This document shows, piece after piece, positions 29,185 to 38,693 of a stretch of 64,000 bases of DNA. Made by a program: the position numbers and the translations under genes. The first letter of the stretch is position 1, and every line of letters starts with the position of its first letter. A model generated the notes under the pieces. It worked only from the letters and a program-made list of their open reading frames with translations. It was not told the DNA's origin and made no database searches. The DNA comes from Opitutales bacterium (GTDB lineage: Bacteria > Verrucomicrobiota > Verrucomicrobiia > Opitutales > T3Sed10-336), in contig JAIUMY010000001.1 of NCBI GenBank assembly GCA_022565335.1, positions 7,817-71,816 of the forward strand, in the 5' to 3' direction.

Positions 29185-29460
29185 TTAGGTCTTCTCCCCT
29201 GCCCCGGACAATTCCTGTAGAGAACGGTTCACCCGTTGCTGATTGATGAAGGCCGTCGCATCCAAGTCAGCAGTGTTGTCCGCTTGTTGCACCAACACCC
29301 CCTCTTTGTCGATCAGGCGGCCCGTCGGCTGCGGAACACGCAAACGTAGCCCTTCGTGATCAGAAAGAATTTCAACGGTCACCCCTCCACGTAGATGGTG
29401 CTCATCGCGCAGACGTTTGGGAATCACCAGCCGCCCCGCACTGTCTATGGTAGTTTTCAT
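29185..29460 (-). CDS. vapB: AbrB/MazE/SpoVT-fold antitoxin
   Basis: MKTTIDSAGRLVIPKRLRDEHHL from the ATG at 29460. The longer track ORF (to 29595) reads into a gene remnant. Confidence 0.8.
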   Translation of the reverse strand: MKTTIDSAGRLVIPKRLRDEHHLRGGVTVEILSDHEGLRLRVPQPTGRLIDKEGVLVQQADNTADLDATAFINQQRVNRSLQELSGAGEKT

Positions 29461-29846
29461 GGTAAAATGGTAATTTAAATGGCATTGTTCTGTCAAGGGA
29501 ATCGCACGTCGTCCTGGTTCTCGGGCTTTTCTTCCAGGGGACCATCGGGCTGGGAGCAGGGATTTGTGAAACGGATCAGCGAGCCCGCCAGACAATTCGG
29601 GACACCCAAAGATCCGGGGTGAGATAATTTTTCTAAAAATCTTTCATAAGTAAATTATCAATAGTAGCTTATGGAATAATATGCCTCGGATGATTCCATG
29701 TGTAATCGTTGGCTGTCCTTTATTACCCCAACGATAGATAGCGATCGACCTGGAGCAATTGGTCTCTCCCGGGATAAACCCGGTCATCGACGAAATACAG
29801 GCAAATTAGCTTGACTAGGTCTGACCTAGCAGGTATGTTTGAATGT

Positions 29847-30083
29847 ATGAAAACAGTTAACCTCTACGAAGCGAAGACGCATCTGTCTAAATTGGTCGCC
29901 GGGGTCGAAGCAGAGGGAGAGCCGGTTGTTCTCTGTCGGAACGGAGTGCCTGTTGCGGACCTTGTGAGGCACAAGCCCTCGGCGGCGGACGTTGAGCCGG
30001 ATCCGGAACTGGCGGGTGCGCGGTATGTGGGCGATCCATGTGCGCCCTTGGATGAATCGGACTGGCCGGAGGCGTTGCGTTGA
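29847..30083 (+). CDS. Phd/YefM-type antitoxin
   Basis: MKTVNLYEAKTHLSKLVAGVEAEGEPVVLCRNGVPVADLV. 4-nt overlap with the downstream PIN gene. Confidence 0.8.
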   Translation: MKTVNLYEAKTHLSKLVAGVEAEGEPVVLCRNGVPVADLVRHKPSAADVEPDPELAGARYVGDPCAPLDESDWPEALR

Positions 30084-30466
30084 TTTTGCTCGATACCCAT
30101 ACCTTTGTCTGGTGGGTCTCGGACCGGAGGCAGTTATCGAAGGCGGCCCGGGCCGCTCTGGAAGATGAGACCAGCCAACTTCATATTTCGGTCGTATCGG
30201 CATGGGAAATCGCTCTTCTCCAGAAGAAAAACCGCCTGAGGTTGCCGGTGCCGGTGCCCGACTTCATGCAACGAGGCTTGGCTCGTCACGGAATTCATGA
30301 ATTACCGCTACTGCGCCGAACCGTTCTGACGGCTGTCAATCTCCCGGATATTCACAATGACCCCTTTGATCGCATTCTCGTCGCCGAGGCAATTCAAGGT
30401 CGCCTGACCATCGTGACCAAGGATTCTGTCATTCCCGAATATCCGGATGCGATTACCATTTGGTGA
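30080..30466 (+). CDS. vapC: PIN-domain toxin
   Basis: MILLDTHTFVWW..SVVSAWEIA..HNDPFDRILVAEA, the typical VapC layout. Confidence 0.85.
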   Translation: MILLDTHTFVWWVSDRRQLSKAARAALEDETSQLHISVVSAWEIALLQKKNRLRLPVPVPDFMQRGLARHGIHELPLLRRTVLTAVNLPDIHNDPFDRILVAEAIQGRLTIVTKDSVIPEYPDAITIW

Positions 30467-30663
30467 AGACCAACGGTGATCTTCCGGTAAGCCGAAAAAA
30501 TGTGATTCAGTGTTGTAATATGGGTATTCGCTGGCAAACAAAGAAACGATACGAGAGCGGTTTTACCTAAAAAGCTCCCCTCCTGCCAAGGAGGGTGTTG
30601 TGCCGCTCAAAAGAAAAAGCCCTGTTCGTAATCGTTGGGTGTCCTTTATTTGCTTGCCCACGA

Positions 30664-31878
30664 TTATTGGAGAGATTGGCGGGCCTCGAGTATGTGTTGC
30701 TGAGTGGAAAGCAGTAGTCGGGTAAGGCGGGCGCGGGTAGTGGCGCGCCATTCGGGGGTGACGAGCTTTTCTTCATCCGCAGAATCAAGGCCACGCAGGG
30801 CATCCCGCAGGTAGCGACGCGCTTTTTTGAGAAAAACGAGCACACTGGGAGCCATCAATTCATGGGGCGGCCACTCTCCGTCCCGCATGCAACCATTCAG
30901 CGCCCCCGCCAATTTGCCGGAGGCGAAGAGCACGCCGTCGGCGATTTCCCAGAGCGGGTGCTCCACGGACATCCCCTCCGGCAAAAACCCTTCCTCTCGC
31001 AATTCGACGGCAAATTCCCGGCACTCGGTTACCAGGGGGTGATCCTTTGATTGTTCCTCCTTCCAACTTTCCGCAGCGCCCTCTTCCAATGCCTCCTGAC
31101 CCGCCGCATTGACTTCCTCGATCCACTCCCGCTGGGTGGCTTCTTCCTCGGGGGTGGGAGGGAGAGGTTCGGGTTCCCCCCGTTCCCTACGGAGGCGAGC
31201 CGATTCCTCCTCGTAGATGCGTTTCCAGTCGTCGGTTCCTTCTTTCTCCATGCGATGTCCGATGCGGTCATTGAGCAAATCCATCCGGGCGGCCTCGGCA
31301 TCCATGGCCGCCTCCTCCGGCGGAACTTCCTCGCGGTCATCATCGGATTGAAGGATCGCTTCCTTTTCCAGTGCCGCCGTGGCGTTGCCAAAAAAGTCGG
31401 CCAGTCCTTTTTGCCCGCGCTCGGCTTGCTCCCGCAAATCCTCCTCAGTGATTTGCCACAGCGGCCCCTCCACCCATTCCACCTCATAGCCAATGCCCTC
31501 AATAACGACTCGCCCGTTCAAATGTCGATACCATTCCAGGTAGAGGCAATTCGCCCAACGATACGCCTTGGAGCGGGCCTCCTCATCCATTTTAAGAAAT
31601 GTCTCCACCGGAACCAGCAAGTCCTTGACCCGGTGCGAGGCGGTCATATCTCCTGCCAGGCCCCTTTGCTCAGGGGGGAATTCCTCCAGCGGCCCGGGCT
31701 GGGCGCGGGGATTGGTGAAACGGATCAGCGAACCTGCCAGATCAGGATGGGCATTTCCCTCCAAATCCAAAACGATCCGTCCACTTCCATTCGCCAATTC
31801 CAGAAAACCCGTCACCCGTCCTTTGGTTCGATTGTCAATCTCCCCGGAGATCACCTGTTCAGAAATACGCCATGCCAT
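30664..31878 (-). CDS. Hypothetical acidic protein (404 aa)
   Basis: Long ORF with coding-like composition and no motif recognised. A ~65-nt paralogous fragment lies at 29536-29600. Confidence 0.6.
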   Translation of the reverse strand: MAWRISEQVISGEIDNRTKGRVTGFLELANGSGRIVLDLEGNAHPDLAGSLIRFTNPRAQPGPLEEFPPEQRGLAGDMTASHRVKDLLVPVETFLKMDEEARSKAYRWANCLYLEWYRHLNGRVVIEGIGYEVEWVEGPLWQITEEDLREQAERGQKGLADFFGNATAALEKEAILQSDDDREEVPPEEAAMDAEAARMDLLNDRIGHRMEKEGTDDWKRIYEEESARLRRERGEPEPLPPTPEEEATQREWIEEVNAAGQEALEEGAAESWKEEQSKDHPLVTECREFAVELREEGFLPEGMSVEHPLWEIADGVLFASGKLAGALNGCMRDGEWPPHELMAPSVLVFLKKARRYLRDALRGLDSADEEKLVTPEWRATTRARLTRLLLSTQQHILEARQSLQ

Positions 31879-31925
31879 AAGGAAAGGAGAAAATTTCCTG
31901 AAGTTGTCGTCAAGCCAGCTTTAAG

Positions 31926-32285
31926 TGCGGCCACTAGCGGAGCTGCAATATACGGTAAGCCACGGAGGAGGTCGGAGTGTTCCTCGCAGCCGCTTCCGCC
32001 TTCGCTAAAGCTACGGCGCGACAGGGAAAGCGGCCGCGCGGTGTGGTGGGGGGTACTTTACGTTCCTGGCTTAAAGCCCTCCGCGCAGGGACACAAGGTC
32101 CCCGCTTGGGGCTAAAAGCGAACGGGGGCCTTGTGCCCCTGAGCGCAAGATTTCTGAAAGCGGAAATGTCGCCCCTATTCGACAGCAAGCGGGGACTTTA
32201 CTTCTGTTGAGCCCCAGCGAAATCCCGCCTTAGCGGGGCGCGCAACACTCCTCGATCCCCCGAAAACACCCCAGTCTCACATTAG
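31926..32285. repeat. Family-A modular repeat, full-length unit
   Basis: Begins ccactagcggagctgcaata and ends gtctcacattag. Contains ggtcggagtgttcc, gcggccgcgcgg, the imperfect hairpin gggacacaaggtccccgcttgg/gcgaacgggggccttgtgcccc, and aagcggaaatgtcgcccc. Confidence 0.8.
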
Positions 32286-32747
32286 TGGTACGGGCGGAAA
32301 TTCGGTTTCTTCGCTGGTCGCATCACCGTAACGTGCTTGTTCTTCCTCCACCGTATCAACGATTTTCCGGGCGATACCCGGCCCGATGCCGGGGAGGGAT
32401 TGAAGGACGCAACGCTGGCGGGTGGATCGGCGTTTGGCCTTGATTTGACGGGTGGGTATCCAGCCGTCATTTTGGGCACGGATGAGTTGTTGGCCTTCAT
32501 AAACAACAAGTCGGGCGGTTTTTTCGGCATCATTGGAGCGCAACACGGGGATATCAAAGACGAGCATCAGGGAAATCAGAGCTCCTTGCAGGGCGGGGCG
32601 CTTGATTTTGAGGGATTTCCAGTCTTCGGCGGTTCCTTCGATGATATAGGCGGGCCGGAGGGGCGATTGCACTAAACGGGAGGCCTGCGAAAAAAGGCTA
32701 GTTGTGATCGAGCAAGACGATTGAGACCATGCAGATATGTCTTGCAT
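32277..32747 (-). pseudogene. Truncated ERCC4-type nuclease gene (lacks catalytic N-terminal half; HhH tail cut by repeat)
   Basis: PAYIIEGTAED..LQGALISLMLVFDIPVLRSNDAEKTARL..LQSLPGIGPGIARKIV matches the C-terminal half of ERCC4-domain proteins. No GDxnERK region is present. The 3' end overlaps the Family-A repeat. Confidence 0.5.
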
Positions 32748-32775
32748 TTTAAGTATGAATTCTTACTATTAAAGT

Positions 32776-33009
32776 ATGAATGCTATTGTTTCCGAAAAAG
32801 GTCAGGTGACTATCCCCAAGGATTTGAGGGATAAACTTGGACTGCGGGCCGGTTCCATTCTGCGGTTTTCCGATGAGAACGGGATTCTGCAGGCCCGTAA
32901 ATTTCAAAAAGAGGACCCGATGCGCAAGTGGCGGGGACGCGGGAAAATCCCGGGTGGGCTCTCTGTGGACGATTACCTAAAGCAATGTCGCGATGCGCAC
33001 CGCCGTTGA
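32776..33009 (+). CDS. vapB: AbrB/MazE/SpoVT-fold antitoxin
   Basis: MNAIVSEKGQVTIPKDLRDKLGL. Overlaps the downstream PIN gene. Confidence 0.85.
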   Translation: MNAIVSEKGQVTIPKDLRDKLGLRAGSILRFSDENGILQARKFQKEDPMRKWRGRGKIPGGLSVDDYLKQCRDAHRR

Positions 33010-33391
33010 CAGTTCCGTCCTGCTCGACGTATTAACCGACGATCCGGCCTTTGCCGAAACGTCGGAAGCCGCATTGAGGAAGGCCATGGCGGAGGGTGTT
33101 TTGATGGTTTGTGAGACCGTCGTGGCGGAAATTTTGCCGGTGCTCGGGGAGGAAGCACTGGGAGCGTTTTTCGAAGACTGGGGTATCCAGTTCGCCGCCG
33201 GAGACTTGGTCAGTGCGCGGTTAGCCGGGAGCCATTTTGCTCGTTACCTTCAACGAACTCCCCAAAAGCAGATCGTGGTTCCCGACTTCCTGATCGGTGC
33301 CCATGCCCAAGTCCACAGTGATCGACTCCTCGCCCGCGACCGTGGGTACCTCCGCGAGTATTTCAAGGAGCTTACCGTCTGGATCCCGTAA
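32993..33391 (+). CDS. vapC: PIN-domain toxin
   Basis: AVDSSVLLDVL N-terminus, 132 aa, paired with an AbrB antitoxin. Confidence 0.8.
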   Translation: MRTAVDSSVLLDVLTDDPAFAETSEAALRKAMAEGVLMVCETVVAEILPVLGEEALGAFFEDWGIQFAAGDLVSARLAGSHFARYLQRTPQKQIVVPDFLIGAHAQVHSDRLLARDRGYLREYFKELTVWIP

Positions 33392-33506
33392 AACCTGGCG
33401 CTTGAATCCAATTTCAGCGGTTGTTTGGGAGGTTTTGTTGATCTTAAACATTTTTTTGGGGACATGCTTGGCTACTCGGGGAGCGGGCTGCGTATCGGGG
33501 CATTAG

Positions 33507-33850
33507 TACCGCCACCAGTAAAGCTGGAATATACCGTAAGCGACGGAGGAGGTCGGAGTGTTCCGCGCAGGCGCCAAGGCGGCCGCGCGGGGAGGTGCGG
33601 GAGAAGTCGGCGGTCCGAAACCAGAAGTGTTTCGAGCAGGGGCACAAGGCCCCCGCTCAGGGTAAATTGATCGAACGGACGAGTGGGAGGCAAATTCAAA
33701 CCAACGAGACTAGGCACAAGGCCCCCGCTCGGGGTAAATTGATCGAACGGGGGCTTTACGCACTGTTCGAAATGTTTGGGAAAATGGAAATATCGTTATA
33801 AGTAAAAAGCGATCGGGGATCCCGCTTAGCGGGATCCCCGATCGCAAAAC
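33507..33850. repeat. Family-A modular repeat, variant unit with internal 38-nt duplication
   Basis: Begins taccgccaccagtaaagctggaata right after ggggcattag. ggcacaaggcccccgctc(a/g)gggtaaattgatcgaacgg occurs at 33641-33678 and 33713-33750. Confidence 0.75.
33809..33845 (-). terminator. Intrinsic terminator of the phd-zeta operon
   Basis: Perfect 17-bp stem gcgatcggggatcccgc/gcgggatccccgatcgc with a 3-nt loop. On the minus strand it is followed by TTTTT, 64 nt after the stop. Confidence 0.7.
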
Positions 33851-33908
33851 TCCTCGAAACCCCGGAAAAGCCTTACTCTCAGGGCAGGAATTAAAAAGAT
33901 CCTCGGTC

Positions 33909-34565
33909 CTACGCTGGCAAGGTATGTATCTTAATCGCCGCCGCAATGATCGCCTGAGCCCATTCCGGCGCACCGGAGAGGTCGGCGGGGGCGGTGATTT
34001 TGCGGTTCTTCATTTCGAGCAATAGCACCGGCCTAGGCGCCTTACCCAGGGCGGGGTCCGCTTCGGCGGAGTTGTCATAAACCCGCAGATGATGGATCAC
34101 CGGTAGCAGGCGGATCAGATTGCGGCGGCTGCCGTCCCAGCGCTCGCGGATTTTTTCTTCGGGAATGTCGTGGCCACCACCCGCGACCCGGGCCCGAACC
34201 CGGCGGAGGTGCAACTCGGGGCTTTCCAGTCCGCAAAACCAGAGATGCAGTCGATGTCCGCTACGGGCGGCATCCAGCAATAGCCGGGGAATGGTTCGAC
34301 CTCCGAGAGTGGTTTCAAAAAGATAATCCTTCCCTTCCCGGAGGGCTTGTTCGAGAAGCGACTTTCCTATCTGCCAGGCGTACCCATTCGCCAAGGCGGG
34401 CGAGATGGCGGGATGCAGGGCGAGGATCTTGCGGGCGATGGTGTCGGGGTTGTAAACCACCGAACCCTGGGCGTTGAAAATCCTTTCCCCGATACTCGAC
34501 TTCCCCGCTCCGTTTACGCCCGCGAGGACATAGAGTTGTGGATGTTTTTTAGTCTTTTTGCCCAC
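33909..34565 (-). CDS. Zeta-toxin-like P-loop kinase
   Basis: QLYVLAGVNGAGKSSIGE Walker A, 218 aa. 17-nt overlap with the upstream antitoxin gene. Confidence 0.75.
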   Translation of the reverse strand: MGKKTKKHPQLYVLAGVNGAGKSSIGERIFNAQGSVVYNPDTIARKILALHPAISPALANGYAWQIGKSLLEQALREGKDYLFETTLGGRTIPRLLLDAARSGHRLHLWFCGLESPELHLRRVRARVAGGGHDIPEEKIRERWDGSRRNLIRLLPVIHHLRVYDNSAEADPALGKAPRPVLLLEMKNRKITAPADLSGAPEWAQAIIAAAIKIHTLPA

Positions 34566-34950
34566 GAGCCCGGCCCTCCTCTTTTAAAAACCCTTCCATC
34601 GCCGCTTTCCCGAGTTCTTCTGGTTTCGCATTGAAAGCCCGCTCCGCCGCTGCTTTCTGTGCAGGCTCCTGCATCTTTTCCAACATGCCTTGGTACTCCT
34701 TGTGCATCTCGGCCAGCCAGTCCCCCCCCTCCCCGGCGATTAGCCGCTTATATTCCTCAATGGAAAGCATAACCGCCCGCGGTTTGTCATGCCGGGTAAT
34801 GGTAATCGCGCCATGGGCAACCACCTGATCCAGAACATCGGCCGCCGAATTTTTGAGCGCCGTGGCGGTGACCGGAGGAAGCTCCTCGACTTTCATCGAA
34901 GAAGGAGAAGAAAGAGGGTATTTTTTTGCCATAATCAATAATTTAGCCAT
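34549..34950 (-). CDS. Phd/YefM-fold antitoxin with extended C-terminus
   Basis: VTATALKNSAADVLDQVVAHGAITITRHDKPRAVMLSIEEYKRL. Alternative start MKVEEL at 34896. Confidence 0.7.
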   Translation of the reverse strand: MAKLLIMAKKYPLSSPSSMKVEELPPVTATALKNSAADVLDQVVAHGAITITRHDKPRAVMLSIEEYKRLIAGEGGDWLAEMHKEYQGMLEKMQEPAQKAAAERAFNAKPEELGKAAMEGFLKEEGRARGQKD

Positions 34951-35022
34951 TTTAGCTAATTTGTCAATAGGCAGTACTTATACCCCACCCGGAATCATTG
35001 CCGGTTCGGTTTTTCAAAAACC

Positions 35023-36807
35023 TCATCTCGACACACTGATTGATACGTTTTGGAGGATCCCTTCAAGTATCTCAGAAACGGTTGACCGCCCGAGTGCGTC
35101 GGCATTGGCCGCCCACTCATCCCTCAGGCTTGGCCGCCATTCTCCTCGGCGCAAGGATTGTAACGTGGACCAACCTTCATCCCGTAAAAAGCCTTCCCTG
35201 CCCAACGCATTGAACAACGCCAAGGCTTCCTCTATCAGTTCATCCTGAGAATCATCCTGAGTAAGAAAATGCCTCACCTCCGCCAAATCGAGCAAGGCGT
35301 TGGCCCGCAACAAACGGAATTCGACATCCTGCTCAAAACCAGCCAACTCCTGACGGGACGCCCGGTCAAAAATAGTCAAAACTTCTTCAGCGTGCTCCCA
35401 CCACTCGCTTTTAAGATACATGTGCCCCAAATGGCCCCAAGCGAAAAGCGCATCTTCCTGTACCGCAGCATCATCGATATATTTATGTAAAAGGGTTGCC
35501 GCTTTATTCTGCGCGGCCAGGGCCGCTGCCGGAGATTGACCATAGTGATGTATATCATGCGCGAGATGACGCATGAGATTACCCCGTATCTGGACTCTTC
35601 GGGCCTCACGCAAAGCGATCTCCGCCTGATTACTCACCAACTCTTCACCAATCTGGGTAAAGGAATTCCGGATTCCTTGCCAGTTCTGCCGTTCGCTCGC
35701 CGAACCATACTCATGCAAAAGCTTTTCCACCCGTTCAAAATGCTCTTCCAGCCCATCAGCATCATCAATCATAAAACGAGCCAACGCCTCTTCCGCAGCA
35801 TAAAAAGAGAGCATAAAAGAGGAAGGGAAATCCGCTATCGAAACGTCCATCAGATATGGTTGCCACCGACGCGCCTTTTCCATAAAACGAAGAGCCTCTT
35901 CAAATTCCAGATCAACCAAATGACTCTGGGCAACGGTTTGCCAGGAAATCGATAAAATTGTCGCAGTCCATCGATCAAAAGCACCGTCCATCGCCACCAT
36001 CAATTCATCTTCCACCAACTGATACAAACCAAGAGCCTTTTCTGCCTCTCCCACATGCCTTAGCGTATCAGCCCATTTTAACCGCGCCACCCGCAAACGT
36101 TCCTCATCCTCAGGATTATCGCCAAACTCGACCAACTTCTTCATGGTTTCAAGAAACCTCTGATAATGTTCTTCGGCTATCGCTTTCTCATAGGAAAAAT
36201 AAAGGCTGCCAAACATTTCCTCGAGAAAGGCAACCTGCCGCCAAGCCGCCTTCTTCATTTGCCTATGGCCACTTTCTTGAAAAAGGCGAGCCGCTTCATG
36301 GGTGGCATCCAAACTCTGGGAAAAGGCCTCAAGGGCTTCACCACGAGGCAATCCGAGTCCCTTGCCCATTAAACCGTAACTCATAAACCAAAACCAGTCC
36401 GCATCCCTATCCTCCTCCGGCCGCTTCGACAATTCCTCCACCGTCCGCGTGAAAAGAATACTTTTATCCTCTTCAGCCAAGTAACCCGATCCGTACAGTA
36501 AATTATTCCAAAAAGCTACATCGTCCGGCCAGGAACTCTCCCGCAGGATTGTCCAAGCACGATCCCTTTCTTCCTCATTTCCCACCTCCAACGACTCTGC
36601 CGCATGAAAGAGAATGCCTGGTTCTGACTCCACCGGCACCTCCACTTCCAGCAAAAATTGCAAACGCTCTTCCGGATCAAGGTCCACCCAATACACCTCA
36701 CCCTCCTCCGGCGCGACCTCTGCACTACCAGCGTCATCCTTACCCCAACCGACCATGATCAAACTCATCCACGTTACCACGCCCAGACATCCAACATTTC
36801 GTTTCAT
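35023..36807 (-). CDS. Hypothetical secreted all-helical (TPR-like) protein
   Basis: N-terminal hydrophobic signal-like segment. 594-aa helical, acidic sequence in a visibly AT-richer stretch. No catalytic motif seen. Confidence 0.55.
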   Translation of the reverse strand: MKRNVGCLGVVTWMSLIMVGWGKDDAGSAEVAPEEGEVYWVDLDPEERLQFLLEVEVPVESEPGILFHAAESLEVGNEEERDRAWTILRESSWPDDVAFWNNLLYGSGYLAEEDKSILFTRTVEELSKRPEEDRDADWFWFMSYGLMGKGLGLPRGEALEAFSQSLDATHEAARLFQESGHRQMKKAAWRQVAFLEEMFGSLYFSYEKAIAEEHYQRFLETMKKLVEFGDNPEDEERLRVARLKWADTLRHVGEAEKALGLYQLVEDELMVAMDGAFDRWTATILSISWQTVAQSHLVDLEFEEALRFMEKARRWQPYLMDVSIADFPSSFMLSFYAAEEALARFMIDDADGLEEHFERVEKLLHEYGSASERQNWQGIRNSFTQIGEELVSNQAEIALREARRVQIRGNLMRHLAHDIHHYGQSPAAALAAQNKAATLLHKYIDDAAVQEDALFAWGHLGHMYLKSEWWEHAEEVLTIFDRASRQELAGFEQDVEFRLLRANALLDLAEVRHFLTQDDSQDELIEEALALFNALGREGFLRDEGWSTLQSLRRGEWRPSLRDEWAANADALGRSTVSEILEGILQNVSISVSR

Positions 36808-37129
36808 CCGTCATAGTAAAATAGTTACTCCCGTCCAATGCCAACCCAAATCTTCTGAACTGTTCAAGAACAAGAAAAGATTTACCCCGATTCCTTTTAA
36901 TTTTTAGTTAAAAAATACCCCCAAGAGCTCATGTTTGGTATAGCCCGATCATACCGCCAAGAATATTTTTTTGTGCCGTAACCCTGTTTTTATTGATTGC
37001 GAGCAAGATAAACATTGATTCTACTAAATGAAGCTATTTTCGTGAAACCATCCGCTACTTTTACTTTTTTGCCTCTCGCCGTTATCGAATCTCTCCTTCA
37101 ATCCAAGCCTTGGTAACCAACTAAATCCC

Positions 37130-38686
37130 ATGAATGACTCTCCCCGCAAACAAACGGATGCCCATCGATGGGTAGAAATTCAAAAAACCGCAGAAGAGAC
37201 CATTCGTTTGGGGAGAGCCCGGACCGTTTTCCAAAAGGCGATTTGGCTACTCGCTCTACCTTGCCTTGGTATCGTGGGCTTTTCCCTCACCGGGATCCTG
37301 GCCTCGGAGATTTTATGGCTCTTCTTCTATTTTGCCCTTTCGAGCGCTGTCGGAGCACCGGTCCTGGCTTACCTTTGGCCCGTATCGGACCGGCAAATCT
37401 GGAACTTCCTGGACCGCCATAGCCCCCTGCCCGACCTGGCGGTCTCGGCCGCTGAATTTCTCCGGGAAACCCCTTCGCTCCTGGCAAAGGAGACCATTCG
37501 CCGGGCCATTCACCACTTTTCCGCCCAGCCTCTGCGAAACCACCCCAACAGCCCAGCAATTTCCCTCGCTACCAAGGCCTGCGCCCTCAGCCTCTTGCTC
37601 GCCCTGGCCCTCTTCCCCTTCATCGCCATCGATCCGGCTTTACCGGAGCTTTCCGCCGAGGAACAACAACACCGCCAAAACGTCGAGGAACTGGCCAACT
37701 ACTATTCTCTCTGGCAAGACATGTCCGCTGATTTCGACTCGGAGGATTGGGAGAACCTGGAAATTTTTCTGCAAAATCTCAGCGAGGATTTGGATCCGGA
37801 ACAAACCGATGTCCGCGAACTTTTCCGCCAAATCCAGCAAATTGAGGAGCGCCTGGCCAATCTCACCGCACAACTAACCTCATCAAACTTGCAAGAGGTT
37901 GCGGCAACCTTGGCACGGGAATTTCGGGATCGAAGCGGCTGGGAAGAAGTGGCCAACGCCTTTGCCCAAGATGATTTTTCCGCTTCCGCCGAGGCTTTAC
38001 AAGAACAGAGTCACCAGTTACGCCAAGCCGAGGCCGAAAGGGAGGCCGATTTTCCCCTTTCCGATGAGGATGCCAGCATTTTCGACCTGGCCGCAGACCT
38101 CAGCGAGCAAGCCGGCGAACAAGAATGGGCGGACCTTTTTCGCGAGGCTTCTGAATCCATTCGCAATGAGGATATCGATGGATTTTGTGACGCCATCGAG
38201 AAAATGGCCGCCCTCTGTGAGGCTGAAGAAGAAAAACGCCAACAACAGGAAGCGGCCCGCAGTATGGCCAGCCAGTTGGAGGAAAACCAGCAAGCACTGG
38301 CTGAACAACGGCAGATGGCCCAAGCCCAGGATCCCCGACAACAAGGGGAAGACCTCCTTGCCCAGCTATCCTCTGGAGATCAGGAAGGAGACGGCATTGG
38401 CCAGGGAAGTGATGATTCGCTCGGATGGGGCGACCGTTCCTTCGACACCGAATATTTCACCGAACACCTGCAGGGGATGATTTCCAGCGAAGGGGAAAGC
38501 GAGGAACGCACCATTGCCGGGCAAGAATCCTCAAGCTCGTCCCGCCAAGGTCATCGCAATATCGATCCCTCCGAATTCTCCGAACTGTCCCGTGAGGCGA
38601 TTGAAAACGAAAACATTCCCCTCGCCCACCGCGAATCCGTGCGTCGCTATTTTGAAGGCATCCGGCCCTCTTCCTCCAACGATTAA
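37130..38686 (+). CDS. Hypothetical membrane protein with long acidic/Q-rich coiled-coil tail
   Basis: 2-3 TM helices in the first 190 aa, then an E/Q/A-rich region. Ends 7 nt before the moxR start. Confidence 0.6.
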   Translation: MNDSPRKQTDAHRWVEIQKTAEETIRLGRARTVFQKAIWLLALPCLGIVGFSLTGILASEILWLFFYFALSSAVGAPVLAYLWPVSDRQIWNFLDRHSPLPDLAVSAAEFLRETPSLLAKETIRRAIHHFSAQPLRNHPNSPAISLATKACALSLLLALALFPFIAIDPALPELSAEEQQHRQNVEELANYYSLWQDMSADFDSEDWENLEIFLQNLSEDLDPEQTDVRELFRQIQQIEERLANLTAQLTSSNLQEVAATLAREFRDRSGWEEVANAFAQDDFSASAEALQEQSHQLRQAEAEREADFPLSDEDASIFDLAADLSEQAGEQEWADLFREASESIRNEDIDGFCDAIEKMAALCEAEEEKRQQQEAARSMASQLEENQQALAEQRQMAQAQDPRQQGEDLLAQLSSGDQEGDGIGQGSDDSLGWGDRSFDTEYFTEHLQGMISSEGESEERTIAGQESSSSSRQGHRNIDPSEFSELSREAIENENIPLAHRESVRRYFEGIRPSSSND

Positions 38687-38693
38687 AAAAAAC

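Noticed and set aside
31051-32115. 354-aa plus-strand ORF overlapping the 404-aa hypothetical gene and the repeat.
   Set aside because: It is antisense to the better-looking minus-strand ORF and runs into Family-A repeat sequence. Its R/P/G-rich composition points the same way.
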